A program made the position numbers and the translations under genes. Below are positions 12,095 through 26,129 of a stretch of DNA of 64,000 nt, in pieces (the first letter of the stretch is position 1; the number at the start of each line of letters is the position of its first letter). The notes beneath the pieces are model-generated. The model searched no databases and was not told the origin of the DNA. It saw nothing but the letters and a program-made list of their open reading frames with translations. Source of the DNA: Chiloscyllium plagiosum (lineage: Eukaryota); the NCBI RefSeq assembly GCF_004010195.1, contig NC_057719.1:16853177-16917176 (forward strand). Direction: 5' to 3'.

Positions 12095-14939
12095 GAGATA
12101 TTCTACTGTGTTGTGTGAGGTAACTTTTTTTTAATGGGACAATCCCTTTGACATTATTTGAAGAAATGACAGACTACTGATGATAAATGAGAGTTCAATG
12201 TGCATTGTGTACTTAATGTATTAAGATCTTGAAATCTATGCAAATATTAACTACATTCAGGAAGTTGGATTGATGAGTGTATACATTTCAATAATTTTCT
12301 TATGATAGTTTTAGTCAGATTACATGAAAAACATCAAATTGTACTTTAAATTTAATATTTTTCTTGTAGGTATAGCATTGTGGATTAACTATGTAATTTT
12401 CTATTTTAAGATTCAAAATAACCTATCATTTGCCAGTTTTCACTAGTTCTTTCTTTCCTTTCCCACCCAAGAAAATCAAGCAAATTTTATTTCTTGATAT
12501 CTAGAAACCAATTAATTGAGGTCACAGGATGGCTCGTGTTAGAAGTAGGAAACACCATTCTCGTGTAATCTGAAGGTGCTCATCTGAGGTTAGGCATTTT
12601 GGTGACATAGTGACAGCCACATCATTGACAACTGTAAGGAAACTTTCTTTGGATGTGTGATGGCTGAGATATGTGGGGAGAACACAATGCAATATTCAAA
12701 GAACATGGTGTTACAGATCCACGTGTTGAAATTTGAAGCAGCTCCAATCTATTTATGAATGTTTAATTCTCCTCTATTTCCTTTATCTGTAAAGGAATAT
12801 AATGGTTCCTTCTCCCTCTCCCTTTTCCCATTTACCCTCTCATTCCAATAGCCTATTTAATAATAGAACTAAGAACTGATAAAACCCTATTCTATACAAT
12901 GAGGGAATCTGTTACTTTGGGTTTGAGCTCTGTATTTTCTAGTCTGAGGACAACAACTTGCAGTATGTCATGAGCTCTTACACAAGCATAGAGAGCAGCC
13001 AGGGGACAGAGTGAGCTGCACAAAAGGTAGAATAAAGCATTTACTTAACAAAAATCTGACCATGAGACCAGAAATTGGGTGCAGGAAGCTGCCTACTTGA
13101 CAAGGTATATGGCATGAAAACCAGGCCAGGGAACCTGGAGTGGCAAAAAAAAGCCCAAGTGATAAGACTATTCCACAGCCGAAGAGGCAGTAGAAGGTTG
13201 CTAGTTCTGTGGAGCTGAAGTTCTGTCATTAGTTTTGTGCTGTTAGGGCTCCGATGCAATGGGATGATTCATTGCTCAGTTTAGCCAGCTGCAGACAGTG
13301 AGAGTCTGTGGAGAAGAGATTGAACAACTGAGAAGTAAGCAGTCACTGGGGCAATCTTACGGGAGTTGTCTAAGTTGGAATAGCTATTGAAGAAAATCAG
13401 AAGTGATTTTCCTTGAAGTGAGTTGAAATCCCTCACAAGGCAGACAGTTTAAAGAATTTTCTGTGACTCAGTTTTCACTAAGATCTGGGTGAGTTTCTGA
13501 GAGAACTTGTGGAATTTGTCTCTGTGGTGTCTGCCATTTAATGTCCAGCTTTGTGTATTTGAACACATGTTGTCTGTTGATTCAAATTTATCTTGTGTTC
13601 TAGATATTAGAACACAAACATAATGCTTTCTTGACTGTTGTATAGTAAATTTCTTCTGCTTGTCTAAAATATAAATTCTTAGGGCTTCATACTCTGAGTA
13701 AATATCTGGGATTTCACATTTTGTCAGTTTTACAAAAACTTACTGATTCCCAAATGGATCACAAGAGAATTGTTGCGTCATCTGCAATCATAATAAATTT
13801 CCAGGTCTCAACAGAAATTGTATAAATATTTTAAGATGAGTTACAAATTTGGGAGCAGCGATACTCAATCTACTTTAACCACCAACTGGACATTCAGACC
13901 TCCTTCAAATCTGAATAAAATTCAAATTCTCTTCATTCCTTTTGCTCGAACTTCTTATAACTTTGGGTCAAATTATGCTAATGTGAAACAGTCCTGGTGG
14001 AGGCACAGTATGTTTTATCAAAGTATATTTTCCTTTTGAAAGGCTTTGAACCTTGCAGAGCCTGATCACATCAAAACAATTGTCTCCCTTTCTTAGTGAG
14101 CTGTTTTATAATTATTTCATGTATTATTGCTTCAGTTTATATATAGGGCAACTGGTGAAGGAAAACTGCATACAAATACTAGACTAATATTAGTTTTAGC
14201 CAGATCTGCATCCTCAACTGCTGAGACCTCTGTGAAAATGTGGAAATATGTCAAATGCACAAAGCTCAGCTTATGTGGAAATATAAGGTTGTTAAGGAGA
14301 ATGAGAAAGAAGAATATTTATATTTTCTTCCTGGCTATAGAATATAATTTTTGGGAATACAAGTTGAAGTCTTCTGTTGATGGGCGTTCTTGCATTTCAA
14401 AACCACCTGCTGCATTAATCTCATTAGATTCCCTGATTACACCTGAGGGTGGTGGAGGTCAGAACCTTTAAGACATGTAAGAATTATTGACATGAGCATT
14501 TGAAACACCATAGCAAACCAAATGAGAGAATAAATGCTGGAAACAGGATTAGAACAGATAAGCAATTCATGTGTGGCATGGACAGAATGTGCTGAAAGGC
14601 TTCCTTCTGTGCTGTAAAAACTCTGATTCTATGATCACCATAATAAAATAGTTCTTTAAAAACATTTGAAACATTGTAGGATATATTCTACTTGGTTTCA
14701 ATTTTTAAGCATATTGTTTTTCTCCACTAACTTTCTTTCAAAATCAATACTTACAGTGAAGTAATCTGATGTTTTCAGTAATCTTTAATACTGTCATGTT
14801 TGAGTAATTCTCTTTGAAAGCTAAGTACCTTACAAAGGCAAAAGTTTCTTAGCTTTGTGATAATAATAGTGGTTAATTAATTGTTTCTCTTATACTGTTA
14901 TTAATGCCAGACTAAAATCTGTACCTTTGAAAAATCTAG

Positions 14940-15196
14940 GTCCAGTTTATGCCCAGGACCGGATTCTACAAGCCATGGGAAATATTACCCTTGCGTTTCA
15001 CCTGCTTTGTGAACGTTTGAATCCCAATTCCTTCTGGTTACCTTACATTAAGACATTACCTATGGAGTATCATACTCCTTTGTATTTTGAAGAGGAAGAA
15101 GTACACTACCTCCAGTCAACACAAGCCATCCACGATGTTTTCAGTCAGTATAAAAACACCGCTCGCCAGTACGCTTACTTCTATAAACTTATCCAG
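14940..15196 (+). CDS. SETD3: SETD3 internal coding exon (257 nt; GPVYAQDRILQAMGNITLAFHLLCER...QYAYFYKLIQ), SET-domain region, equivalent to human exon 6
   Basis: Lies within ORF 14927..15319, bounded by aaaatctag| and |gtaggt. The peptide matches recalled SETD3 (QDRILQAMGN, NSFW.PYI.TLP, LQSTQAIHDVFSQYKNTARQYAYFYK). It joins in frame with 6225-6297. Confidence 0.96.
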
Positions 15197-16424
15197 GTAG
15201 GTTTACAGAGGTCCCTATTTCCAAGAAATCAACCAGCATTGTTTTCAGTTTCTTTAAAACTTTATTATCAAATTCAGTTTGGCCTTGAACACATTTTTAA
15301 TATTGTAGATAACTGTTGACTGTATCACAGCATGATGCGCATTCTAAAATGTTTTGTTTAAGACAATGTATTCTAATACCTGTCTGGTTTAATGTTTGTT
15401 TCTGCTGCTAAAGTAGGACTGTTCCTTCAGGATGTTAAAATTTAATTCATGTAAAATACAATTAGAAGTCAATTAGACGTCAGCTGCTTGGGTGAGGAAA
15501 GGAATAAATTGTAGATATATTTAATTAATCTGTTTGGGCATCTTATGACAAACCTTTGGAGCAGTTCGGACTTGAACACAGGCCTTTTGGCCCAGCTCTT
15601 CCTTTATTTTTTGCAGTGGGATGTGAAATTGAGGTTCCAGAATGATTAAATAACCAGCGTTAGATCATCTACGTGTTATGTGAATATTTTAATCTTTTAA
15701 AATCAATCTGAAAGAAAAATCCCATACCATTCACATCTTTTTTTAAAAATTTATCCTCAGCGGTTGGTGACGTGTTTATTGCTCGTCCTTTGTTGCCTAG
15801 AAAAGGTCTTGGCGATTTGTCTCTGAACTACTACAGTACTTGTGATAATGGCGTTTCTTCACTGATGTTACATAAGAAATACCAGGTCATTGTTTGTGCC
15901 AAAGCTATAAATCTCTGCCTTGGGCTAACTTACCTAGTTCAACTGCATTTCTTTTCAGATTGTTTGTTGCAGTTTTAATAATTCAGTGGAACTACACAGA
16001 AATTTTAACTGAGACTACAGTGCCCAATTTCTAATCTTTTTTTGTTACAGCACAGGTTTAAGAACTCCTATTACTGGTTGAGCAATTTTGCTGTTACCAG
16101 ATTGGAGAAACTTTTCCATCTTTTAACTTTTATGTTGGTTAGAATCAGTAATTTAATCACTCATCTCCAGAGTGAATTAGAGTTAACACTCAAAAGAATA
16201 AAGATCTTGTGTTTTGCCAATTTATGGCCATTTCTATTTGGAAGGTGTTTTTTTAAAAAGGTTATTTTAAAATGCTTTTTTAAGCAGTATGTATTCGTGC
16301 AAATTTTTCTGAATTAAGGATTACTGGCTAGCAGATTCTTGTTCTCAAGTAAATCAAACAATAAACAATTCAGTATAAAAGACATCAAAGGAAACAATAC
16401 AATGAGGGTATTAAGGAGGGATCG

Positions 16425-17815
16425 AGTCATAGAGATGTATGGCACCTAAGCGGACCCTTCAGTCCAACTCGTCCATGCCGACCAGATATCCTGACTCAAT
16501 CTAGTTCCACCTGCCAGCACCTGGTCCATATCCATCCAAACCCTTCCTATTCATATACCCATCCAGATGCCTTTTAAATGTTGCAATTTTACTAGCCTCC
16601 ATCATTTCCTCTGGCAGCTCAGTCCATACACACAACACCCTCTGCGTGAAAAAGTTGCCCCTTAGGTCTCTTTTATATCTTTACCCTCTCACCCTAAACC
16701 TATGCGGTCTAGTTCTGGACTCCTCCACCCTAGGGAAGAGACTTTGTCTATTTATTCCATCCATCCCCATCATGATTTTATAAACCTCTATAAGGTCACC
16801 CCTCAGACTCTGACGCTCCAGGGAAAACAGCCCCAGCCTGTTCAGCCCTTTCCCTATAGCTCAAATCCTCTAACCCTTTGAAGTTTCACAACATCTTTCC
16901 AATAGGAAGGAGACCAGAATTGCACGCAGTATTCCACAAGTGACCTAAGCAATGTCTTGTACAGCCGCAACATGACCTCCCAACCCCTGTACTCAATACT
17001 CTGACCAATAAAGGAAAGCATACCAAATGCCTTCTTCACTAACCTATCTACCTGCGACTCCACTTTCAGGGAGCTATGAACCTGCACTCCAAGGTCTCTT
17101 TGTTCAGCAACACTCCCTAGGACCTTACCATTAAGTGTAAAAGTCCTGCAAAGTATGCTTTCCCAAAACTATTAACTATACCTCTTATGCTCATATCCAA
17201 ATCATTTATATAAATGATGAAAAGTAGTGGACCCAGCACAATCCTTGTGGCACTTCACTAGTCACAGGCCTCCAGTCTGAAAAAACAACCCTCCATCATC
17301 ACCCTCTGTCTCCTACCTTTGAACCAGTTCCATATCCAAGTGGTTAGTTCTCCCCGTATTCCTTGAGATCTATCCTTGCCAACCAGTCTCCCATAAGGAA
17401 CCTTGTTGAACACCTTACTGAAATGCATTTAGATCATGTCCACGGTTCGGACCTCATTAATCCTCTTTGTTACTCCTTCAAAAAACTCAATCAAGTTTAA
17501 GCCATGTTGACTATCCCTAATCAGTCCTTGCCTTTCCAAATACATGTACATCCTATCCCTCAAGTTTCCCTCCAACAATTTGCCCACCACCATCAGGCTC
17601 ACTGACCTGTAGTTCCCTGGCTTCTCCTTACCACTCCTGGCACCACGTTAGCCAACCTCCAGTCTTCTGGCACCTCACCTGTGATTATTGATGATAATAT
17701 CTCAGCGAGGGACCCAGCAATCACTTCCCTAGCTTCCCACAGAGTTCTAGAGTACACCTGATCAGGTCCTGGGGACATATCCACTTTTATGTGTTTCAAG
17801 ACATCCAGCACTTCC
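16425..17815 (-). mobile_element. CR1 LINE, RT region to 3' end, with internal deletions
   Basis: Minus-strand ORFs SPGPDQVY..LWEARE and LVEYCVQFWSP, plus the CR1 tail. Confidence 0.9.
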
Positions 17816-18129
17816 TGCAGAGGATGTCAAAGGTAAAAGCAGAAGTTTTTATAAACTTTTGTGTCAATTTGGGATGTACTACTGTGAATGAACCTGTAAC
17901 ATGAAATAGACTATTCGTTAAATTCGTTATTTTTATACAATTTCATAGTTTAGGAAGAAGACAAATTACCAGTGGTGCAAGAGAAATCAGTAGTAGGGAT
18001 TTTGTGGATTTCATATGTTTCAGAGGGAAAAGGAGAATGTAAGAGGACTTCAAATAGATTAATATTCCTAAAATTCTAGGTGCATGAGTTGCGTTTCCAA
18101 CAGTTTGAACATGTAGAAATCCTACCTCG

Positions 18130-19785
18130 AAAGTACAGCACAGAACAGGCCCTTTGGTCCATGATGTTGTGCTGAGGTTTAATCCTAATATAAAATATAG
18201 TAACTTAACCTACGCACCCCTCAACTCACTGATATCTATGTGTATGTCCAGCAGTCGCTTAAATGTCCCCAATGACTCTGCTTCCACCACCACAGCTGGC
18301 AACGCATTCCATGCATTCACAACTCTCTGCGTAAAGAACCTACCTCTGACATTTCCTTTATACCTTCCTCCTAATATCTTCAAACTATGACTCCTTGTAC
18401 CAGTCAATCCTGCTCTGGGGAAAAGTCTCTGGCTATTGACTCTATCTATTCCACTCATTGTTTTGTATACCTCGATCAGGTCTCCTCTCTTCCTCCTTCT
18501 CTCCAGAGAGAAAAGTCCAAGCTTATTCAACCTTTCTTCATAAGGCAAGCCCTCCAGTCCAGGCAGCATCCTGGTAAACCTTCTTTGCACCCTCTCCAAA
18601 GTCTCTGTATCTTTCCTATAGTAGGGCGACCAGAACTGGACACAATGTTCCAAGTGTGGTCTCACCAGGGTGTTGTAGAGCTGCAGTAACACCTCGCAGC
18701 TCTTAAACTCGCTCCCCTTGTTAATGAAAGCCAAAACACCATATGCTTTCTTAACAACCCTATCCACTTGGGTGGCAACTTTGAGGGACCTATGTACTTG
18801 CACACCCAGATCCCTCTGTTCCTCCACACTGCCAAGAAACCTGTCTTTAATCTTATATTCAGAGTTCGTGTTTGACCTTCCAAATGCATCACTTCGCATT
18901 TATCCAGGTTGTACTCCATCTACCATTTCTCAGCCCAGCTCTGCATTCTGTCTATGTCACACTGCAGCCTGCAGTATATTATCGACAACACCTCCAATCT
19001 TTGTGTCATCTGCAAATTTACTAACCCACCCCTCAACCTCCTCATCCAAGTCATGTATAAAAACTACAAAGAGCAGAGACCCAAGAACAGAGCCCTGCGG
19101 GACTCCACTCAACACTGACCTCCAGGCAGAATATATTCCATCTACAACCACTCTCTGCCTTATGTCAGCCAGCCAATTCTGAATCCAGATTGACAAATCT
19201 CCTTGGATCCCATACTTCCTGACTTTATGAATGAGCCTACCATGGGGAACCTTATCAAATGCCTTGCTGAAGTCCATATACACCACATCCACTGCTCGAC
19301 CTTCGTCGACCTGTCTTGACACCTCCTCAAAGAACTCAATAAGCTTTGTGAGGCATGACCTGCCCCTCACAAAGCCATGCTGACTGCCTTTAATCACACT
19401 ATGCTTTGCCAAATAGTCATAAATCCTATCCCTCAGAATTTTTTCCAAAACTTTGCTGACCATAGACATGAGACTGACAGGTCTGTAATTGCCAGGGAAC
19501 AACATTCGCCTCCATCCAATCCTCCGGTAGGACTCCCGTGGAGAGTGAGGAGACAAATATCCTCGCCAGCGGCTCAGCAACCTCCTTTCTCGTTTCGCGG
19601 AGCAGCCAAGTATAAATTTGGTCTGGCCCTGGGGACTTATCAATTTTAATGTTTTCCAAAATTTCCAGCACATCAACTTCATCAATCTTGATCTGGTCAA
19701 GACTGTATCCCAGCTCCTCAAAGTTTCATTCACAACAAGTTCCCTTTCCTTGGTGAAAACCAAAGCAAAAAACTCATTTAGTTAC
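18130..19785 (-). mobile_element. Relatively young CR1 LINE (RT domain to 3' end)
   Basis: ORFs 18957..19763 and 18210..18899 contain [31 protein letters not shown] and FADD. Confidence 0.93.
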
Positions 19786-21140
19786 AAATGAATCTCGGAG
19801 GGTAAAGACTAGCCAGTTTAACGTCAGTTATGCAGTAGTAACTGGAATGCTTAAATGGAAAAGGACAGCATCGTTATTTGAGACCTCAGGAGAAGAGAAG
19901 TGGTTGACTCTGAGTTACATGAGGTAACTTTCCAACGTTTGGGATTTTGAGCAATGGCCACTGTTCAGTGCCAAATCTATTGAATTTTTAGTGGCAATGA
20001 TTGAAAAGTTAGAGTCTTGACATACAACTGATTACAGACAAAAGATCCTTCAGGAAAAAAAGCTTGTTTTTCTTTTGAGCACAGGTGAAGAAAGCAATGG
20101 CTCCTGAGTCATATTGCTTATTGAATTGAAAATTGGAGCTCCTACAATCCGCTGTTCAGAAAGGACAAGATAATGAAGTGTAGAGAAATATGCAGTCCTT
20201 GAATAGATCTGATCAAGATCCTGTTATAAAGAGAATATTCTTGAATTGACAGGCTATGACAAGTGATGATTCTCAGGTATTTATCCTGGGCTTCATCTTT
20301 TCACTCTGTATTTTAGTGACTTAGCTGAAGGAATTAAGAGTGATCTATCTAAATTTGCTGATAATGCTAAGCCAGGCTACACAGCAAGTTGGATGTTATG
20401 GATTGAAGCTTGAGTACAAAACAGTAAACTAAAAATGATATAGACCAACTAAGTGCGTGGACAAGGCTATGCTAGATGGACCTTAATGTGAGAAATGTGA
20501 GGGCACCTACTTTGTTTCTGAGAAAGATAAATCAGATCATTTTATTAATTGATCGAGACTAGGAATTGTAAAACAGAAAAGGAACTTAGATGTCCATGTA
20601 TGTGAATGAATAAAAGGTACACAGATACAAAAACTGATCAGAGAGGCCACTGAAATGTTGATCTTCCAGTTTGGTTGATGCCCTCAGTAAAGATGTAGCA
20701 GCTTTAGAAGTGGGTACTTTACATTTTCCCGAATTATTTGATATCTTAACATGCTAAATTATGAGGATGCGTTGCATAAGCCTGGCTTGTATTTCCTTAG
20801 TTTGAAATTGAAGGATGGTCTAATTGACATTTTAGAATGATATAGGGATTAAACAGGATAAATACGGAAAACGCTATTTTGCCTAATGGTGGCACCCTGA
20901 ATGGAGCATATGGTAAACCTTCAGCTAGGCAGATTAGGATTAAAATAAAGGAAGCAGGTTCTTCATGTGAAAGGCAATTGAAATCTGGAATTCTTTCCTC
21001 CTGCAGGGTCATTTAAGATTTTTAGGAGCTTGATTGATAGTTAAGAGTATCAAGCAGTTGGAATCGATGGAATTGAGATGTAGGTCTAATTAATTCATGT
21101 GACAAACTCGAGTGAATGAATAGCCTGCTTCTGTTCCTAT
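19785..21140 (+). mobile_element. Old, highly diverged CR1 RT fragment
   Basis: Remnants of YRPVSL, SKFAD and the CR1 tail (gcctgcttctgttcctatgtt), with many stops. Confidence 0.6.
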
Positions 21141-22449
21141 GTTCACATCCATTGTGTTGGAAAACATTGGAACAACGTATATAATTTTATCGTTCTCTGT
21201 TTGAGATAGGGTTGTAAATGAGAAAACTAAGGCTTTCACAATTGATAGAACTGCTGGAGGACAGTTAGTCATTTTGTCAAAGTCGTAAAGTGATGTAGGA
21301 AGTGTGTGTTCTTTATTTTTTAGTATTACACAGAATTAAGCCACATTAATTGAATTAAGTGCATCTATTATCGAGTGCAGTTCTTGTATTTGCTGTGAAG
21401 TACAGCACCTTATTAATATGTGTAAAACCTGACTTACTATGCCCATATTTTAAGAAATTGAAGAGGTGCATGTAAAAAGGATATCAATGCAGTATTTGCT
21501 TTGGATTATGTGGGGATCTTATTACCATGCAATTAACATGCTTAAATTGCTTGTAGGAGCAACTCTGAGCACTGAATTTGCAGAGGTTTCTCTGTTTATT
21601 CTTTCATGAGCGTGAAGAGGTATATTTGCAGGAACAGCACCGGACATAAATAAAAATGAGGTGTCAAACTGGTGAAGCTATAATACACATTTTTTCGCTT
21701 CAATGTTGTTCAGTTACTGAAATATCATTGAGTTTTGCAAGATATTTTTCATTTTATTTTCACTGTAGTATCTGACCTGATTAGCACCATTTTGGAGTGA
21801 CCTGTTCCACTCCAACCTGAGGCCACTCCTGCACCACGAAGCCCCCAACCACTGGGCCCCAAACTGATTGTCACCAACCCTGGCGCACTGCTGCCACATC
21901 ATGAGACAATTCCTACCTTCCCTCCCACCCCAAATGCTGCTACCACACTCAGCACCCACCAAGACGCGACAGAACTTTCCTTGCCAGCCACGGACCATGG
22001 TATCCATTACCCTGCCGGAGGTAGACGGCCCACTGGCTCCAATCATGGGCCTCCCACAACAGACCACAGCCAGTAGAACATTGAAACACGCATACACATT
22101 GCATTGCTTTGCTTTGCTTTGCTTTGCTTTGCCAGCTGCAAGCCACAATCACACAGCCCTGCCCATCACCTCAGAAAGAAAGAGGAGGAAAGGCCACTGA
22201 ACCCAGCCATAACTCTACAGCCTGCTGGCCGGTGAGGCTGGAGAAATGCCAGGACCTACTGCCAGCCAAAAGGCACAGTCCCATGCAGCGAGAGGCCGAG
22301 AGAACCTGAAGTGGTGGAATCCGTAACACAGCTAGATAAAAGCAATGACTCCGAAAGGCAACCTGGAGCCCATTGAACAAAGGTCCCTCGTGTAATCCTT
22401 GGGCTCCACTATAGGAGAATCCACTATGGGAATTTCTGATCAGAGACCG

Positions 22450-23170
22450 AGGGAGTGTTGCTGAACAAAGAGGCCTTGGAGTGCAGGTTCATTGCTCCTT
22501 GAAAGTACAGTCATAGTTGATAGGATAGTGAAGAAGACATTTGATATGCTTTCCTTTGTTGGTCAGAGTATTGAGTACAGGAGTTGGGAGGTCATGTTGT
22601 GGCTGTGCAGAACGTTGGTTAGGCCACTTTTGGAATATTGAGTGCAATTCTGGTCTCCTTCCTATCAGAAGGATGTCGTGAAACTTGGAACGGTTCAGAA
22701 AAGATTTCCAAGGATGGTGCCAGAGTTGGAGGATTTGACCTGTAGGGGGAGGTTGAATAGGCTTGATCTGTTTTCCCTGGAGCATCGGAGGCTGAGGGGT
22801 GACCTTATAGAGGTATATAAAATCATGAAGGGCATGGATAGGGTAAATAGACAAGGTCCTTTCTCTGGGGTGTGGGACTCTTGAACTAGAGGCCATAGGT
22901 TTAGGGTGAGAGGGATAAGATATATAAGAGACCTCAGGGGCAACTTTTTCACGCAGAGGGTGGTACGCATTTGGAATGAGCTGCCAGAGGATGTGGTGGA
23001 GGCTGGTACAATTGCAATATTTAAAAGGCATCTGGGTGGGTACATGAATAGGAAGGGTTTGGAGGGATGTGTTGCTGGCAGGTGGGACAAGATTGGGTTG
23101 GGATATCTGGTCGGCGTGGACAAGTTGGACCGAAGGGTCTGTTTCCGTGCAATACATCTCTGACTCTGAT
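22450..23170 (+). mobile_element. CR1 3' fragment
   Basis: QFWSP, LRGDLIEVYKI and FFTQRVV peptides, plus tail. Confidence 0.9.
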
Positions 23171-23489
23171 GTTATATTTTCCTTTATTTTTAATTTGAGT
23201 TATTTAATTTACTGACATAAGAATTTAACCATTTAAAGTTATGTATTTCAACTCAGAGGGTACAGTACTGGCATTTAATTTTTTGTTTTGTTGAGGAAGA
23301 CATAAAAAAACCTAACACCATTTTTAACATTAAGTGCTTCACTTAACCGTTTCACTTCAAAGTTGTGATTTTCGCGAATGCAACCTCAACTTAAGTGGAG
23401 ATGTCTTGTACGTGCATGCCCAAACAGCCCAGAATCAGCATGCAATAGACAGCAAAGTGGTCCCACAACCAATGAATCCTATCGAAACT

Positions 23490-24130
23490 CTGCAGTTTTG
23501 CCACATCCAGTCATGAATAGTGGTGAGCAAATAAAGGACTCACGAGAGGAGGAGGCTCCACTGACATCCCAACTTTCAACGAGTCGTGAAAATACAAAGC
23601 TGAAGTATTTGCATCCACCTTCAGTCAGATGTGCTAAATGCATAATCTACCTCTGCTTCTTTCTGAGGTCCCCAATATTACAGATGCCACTCTTCAATCA
23701 ATTTGATTAATGCCACATGATGCAAAGAAATGACTGGAAGATAGCGGATACTGCAAAATCTATGGGTCCTGACAACATTCCAGCAACAGTACTAAAGGTT
23801 GATCTTCCAGAACAAGCTGCACCCCTAGGTGTGCTGTCCCTGTACTATGATAAAACTGGCATCTGCCTGACAATGTGGAAAATTGTCCAGGTATGTTTTG
23901 ACCATAAAGATTCAGCCCAGTTACTGCCCCCTCAAACTACCCTTGATTGTCAACAATGGAATGGAATGGGTTGTCCAACCATGCTATTAAGTGACACTTT
24001 TCTTGCATTTGCAGATGCTCAGTTTAGATTCTGCCAGACCCACTAAGTTCCTGAACTCAATACAATCTTCGTCCAAACATCTATAAAAGACCTGAACTCT
24101 AGAGGTGTGATGAGAGTGGCTGCATTTTCA
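23490..24130 (+). mobile_element. Degenerate L2/CR1-group LINE RT fragment
   Basis: KSMGPDNIPATVLK...WKIVQV and DAQFRF peptides. Confidence 0.6.
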
Positions 24131-25309
24131 TCAGATGATGGGTTTTTACAACAATTGAAGATTGGTGTCATGGCTCCCATTATTGAGACTAGCTTTATAT
24201 TCTGGATTTAATTAACAGAATTTCAATTCCTACAGGTTTCAGGGGAGGCGTTTGAATCTGTGTCACCAGAGTGTTAACGTGGTATTCTGGATTACTATTG
24301 CAGTGACATTGCCACACCACCATCTCCACTACAAAAGAGAGAAATTTGTAACAGATCATGCAGTTAACAAAGTAATGGTAAACATTAATGGTTTGCTTCC
24401 TAGTGAAGAGTGGAAAGATTTGATATATAGCTATTGTGATATTGATATTATGTGTTTGATTAGCTGTGTTCTATAGATGTATGTCCAGAGTTTGATTTAT
24501 TTCATCAGAAGTTTAAAACTTTGGCCAGCTGTAAATGGGATTTCAAAGGGCAGTCATAACTACATACAACAATTGAGGTCAAACAACACAAATATCTGTA
24601 TTTTCACATTTTGTGTTTCAGGGCTCAAGGGATTCATTGGTCTGTCTCCATTTCTGCCTTGAGTGCTTGCACGTATTTCAGTATATAACACAATTACAGT
24701 TGTAATTTCCAGCAAGCCAACAGTGAAATCACCTGAATCCCATATTATCTAATTCAATTAACCAGTTTGTGTATCATTATGGACTTTGCAAGGCCAATTA
24801 ATGAAGTAATAATGAAGTCAAATACTATAGGTGTCTTGCATAATAATGTAAAAGGTAAGCAGCTAAAGGCAAGAATGGAGAGAAGGTCCATATAAAAACT
24901 GAAATTCTCATGATAAATTGTACACATTTATTACTCTTCTGCCTTGACTGCCATCTTATTTTTGCTAGGTAGCCTTTGCTATTCCAAATGCAAACATTTT
25001 ATTAGTAAATGCTTGAAATATAATAATTAACAAAATTATTGCAAAACACTGCAATTTTTGACTCATTCTGTAGGCTCTGGAAAATCCTAAGGACGCTACA
25101 GCCTTGTTTCCATTGTTTCCAGGTGTAGACAGAAAAAGAATGTAGCCCTGAATAGCAAGGCAAAGTATTGGTGCAAACAAGTAATTCCAACTGGAAAGTA
25201 TGCTGGTATTGTTGAGAATGTGACTAGGCCTCGCTGCCCTACCTCCCTGCTTAGTCAGATGGGCTTCTGGCCCCTTCAACAGAAGAGTGAAGACATGGAT
25301 CAAGTTTTT

Positions 25310-26015
25310 TTTATCCAATCACAGGATGTGGATGTCACTGACTAGGTCAGCATTTCTTTCCCATCTATAATTGCCCAGAGGGCAGTTAAGATTCAACCTG
25401 GAGTCGCATATACGACAAACTAGGTACAGGTGGCAGTTTCCATCCCTTAGGGGCATGAGTGAACCAAATTGTTTATTATTGGAAAAAAATCCATGTTCAT
25501 CATTAGATTTTTAATTCCAGATTTTGTTGAATTCAGATTTCACTAACTGCCTTAGTTGGATTGAAACCCAGGCTCCCAGAATGCTATCAGGTCTCTGGGT
25601 TAATAATCTAGAGATCACTTCCCTCGAATATTGTATTTTATTGCAAGGTCACGTTCACATCCTTTTTTCTTTTATTCATTCATGGGATGTGGGTAGTTCT
25701 GCTGGACCCTATTTATTGCCTATCCCTATTTAACCAGAGGACAGTTGAGAGTCATCCAGATTGTCATGGGTCTGGAGTCACGTGTAGGTCAGACCAAGCA
25801 AGGATGGCAGATTCCTTCCCTACAGAACTAGATGTTCTGGATGAACTAGTGAACAGGGTTTTTTCCTGACAGTCGGCAATGGTTTCATGGTCATCATTAA
25901 ACTCTTATTTCCAGATTATTATTGAATTGGAATTCCACCATCTGGCATGGCGGGATTTGAACCCAGGTCCCCAGAATATTACCTAGGTCTCTCAATTATT
26001 ACCAATGGGCCATGG
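25310..26015 (-). mobile_element. Two tandem tRNA-derived SINE copies (25310-25620 and 25672-26015)
   Basis: Homologous to 1425-1780 and 59763-60112. Confidence 0.7.
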
Positions 26016-26129
26016 CATACCCTTGCTGCGTATGGACATAGACTGCTTCACGACCTGAGGAATCATGAATAGTGCTGGATATGGAGCAATTATCAGCAAA
26101 CATCTCCACTTCTGATTTTATCATTGGAG

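Noticed and set aside
12966..13795. Possible solo LTR (tgtcatga...tcataata)
   Set aside because: The end is not CA, and there is no TSD or PBS, so support is insufficient.
15197..15319. Extension of ORF 14927..15319 past the exon
   Set aside because: Read-through into the intron; SETD3 similarity ends at the GT donor.
18210..19763. Long RT ORFs as an active or domesticated gene
   Set aside because: Frameshifts, internal deletions and 5' truncation indicate an ordinary dead CR1 copy.
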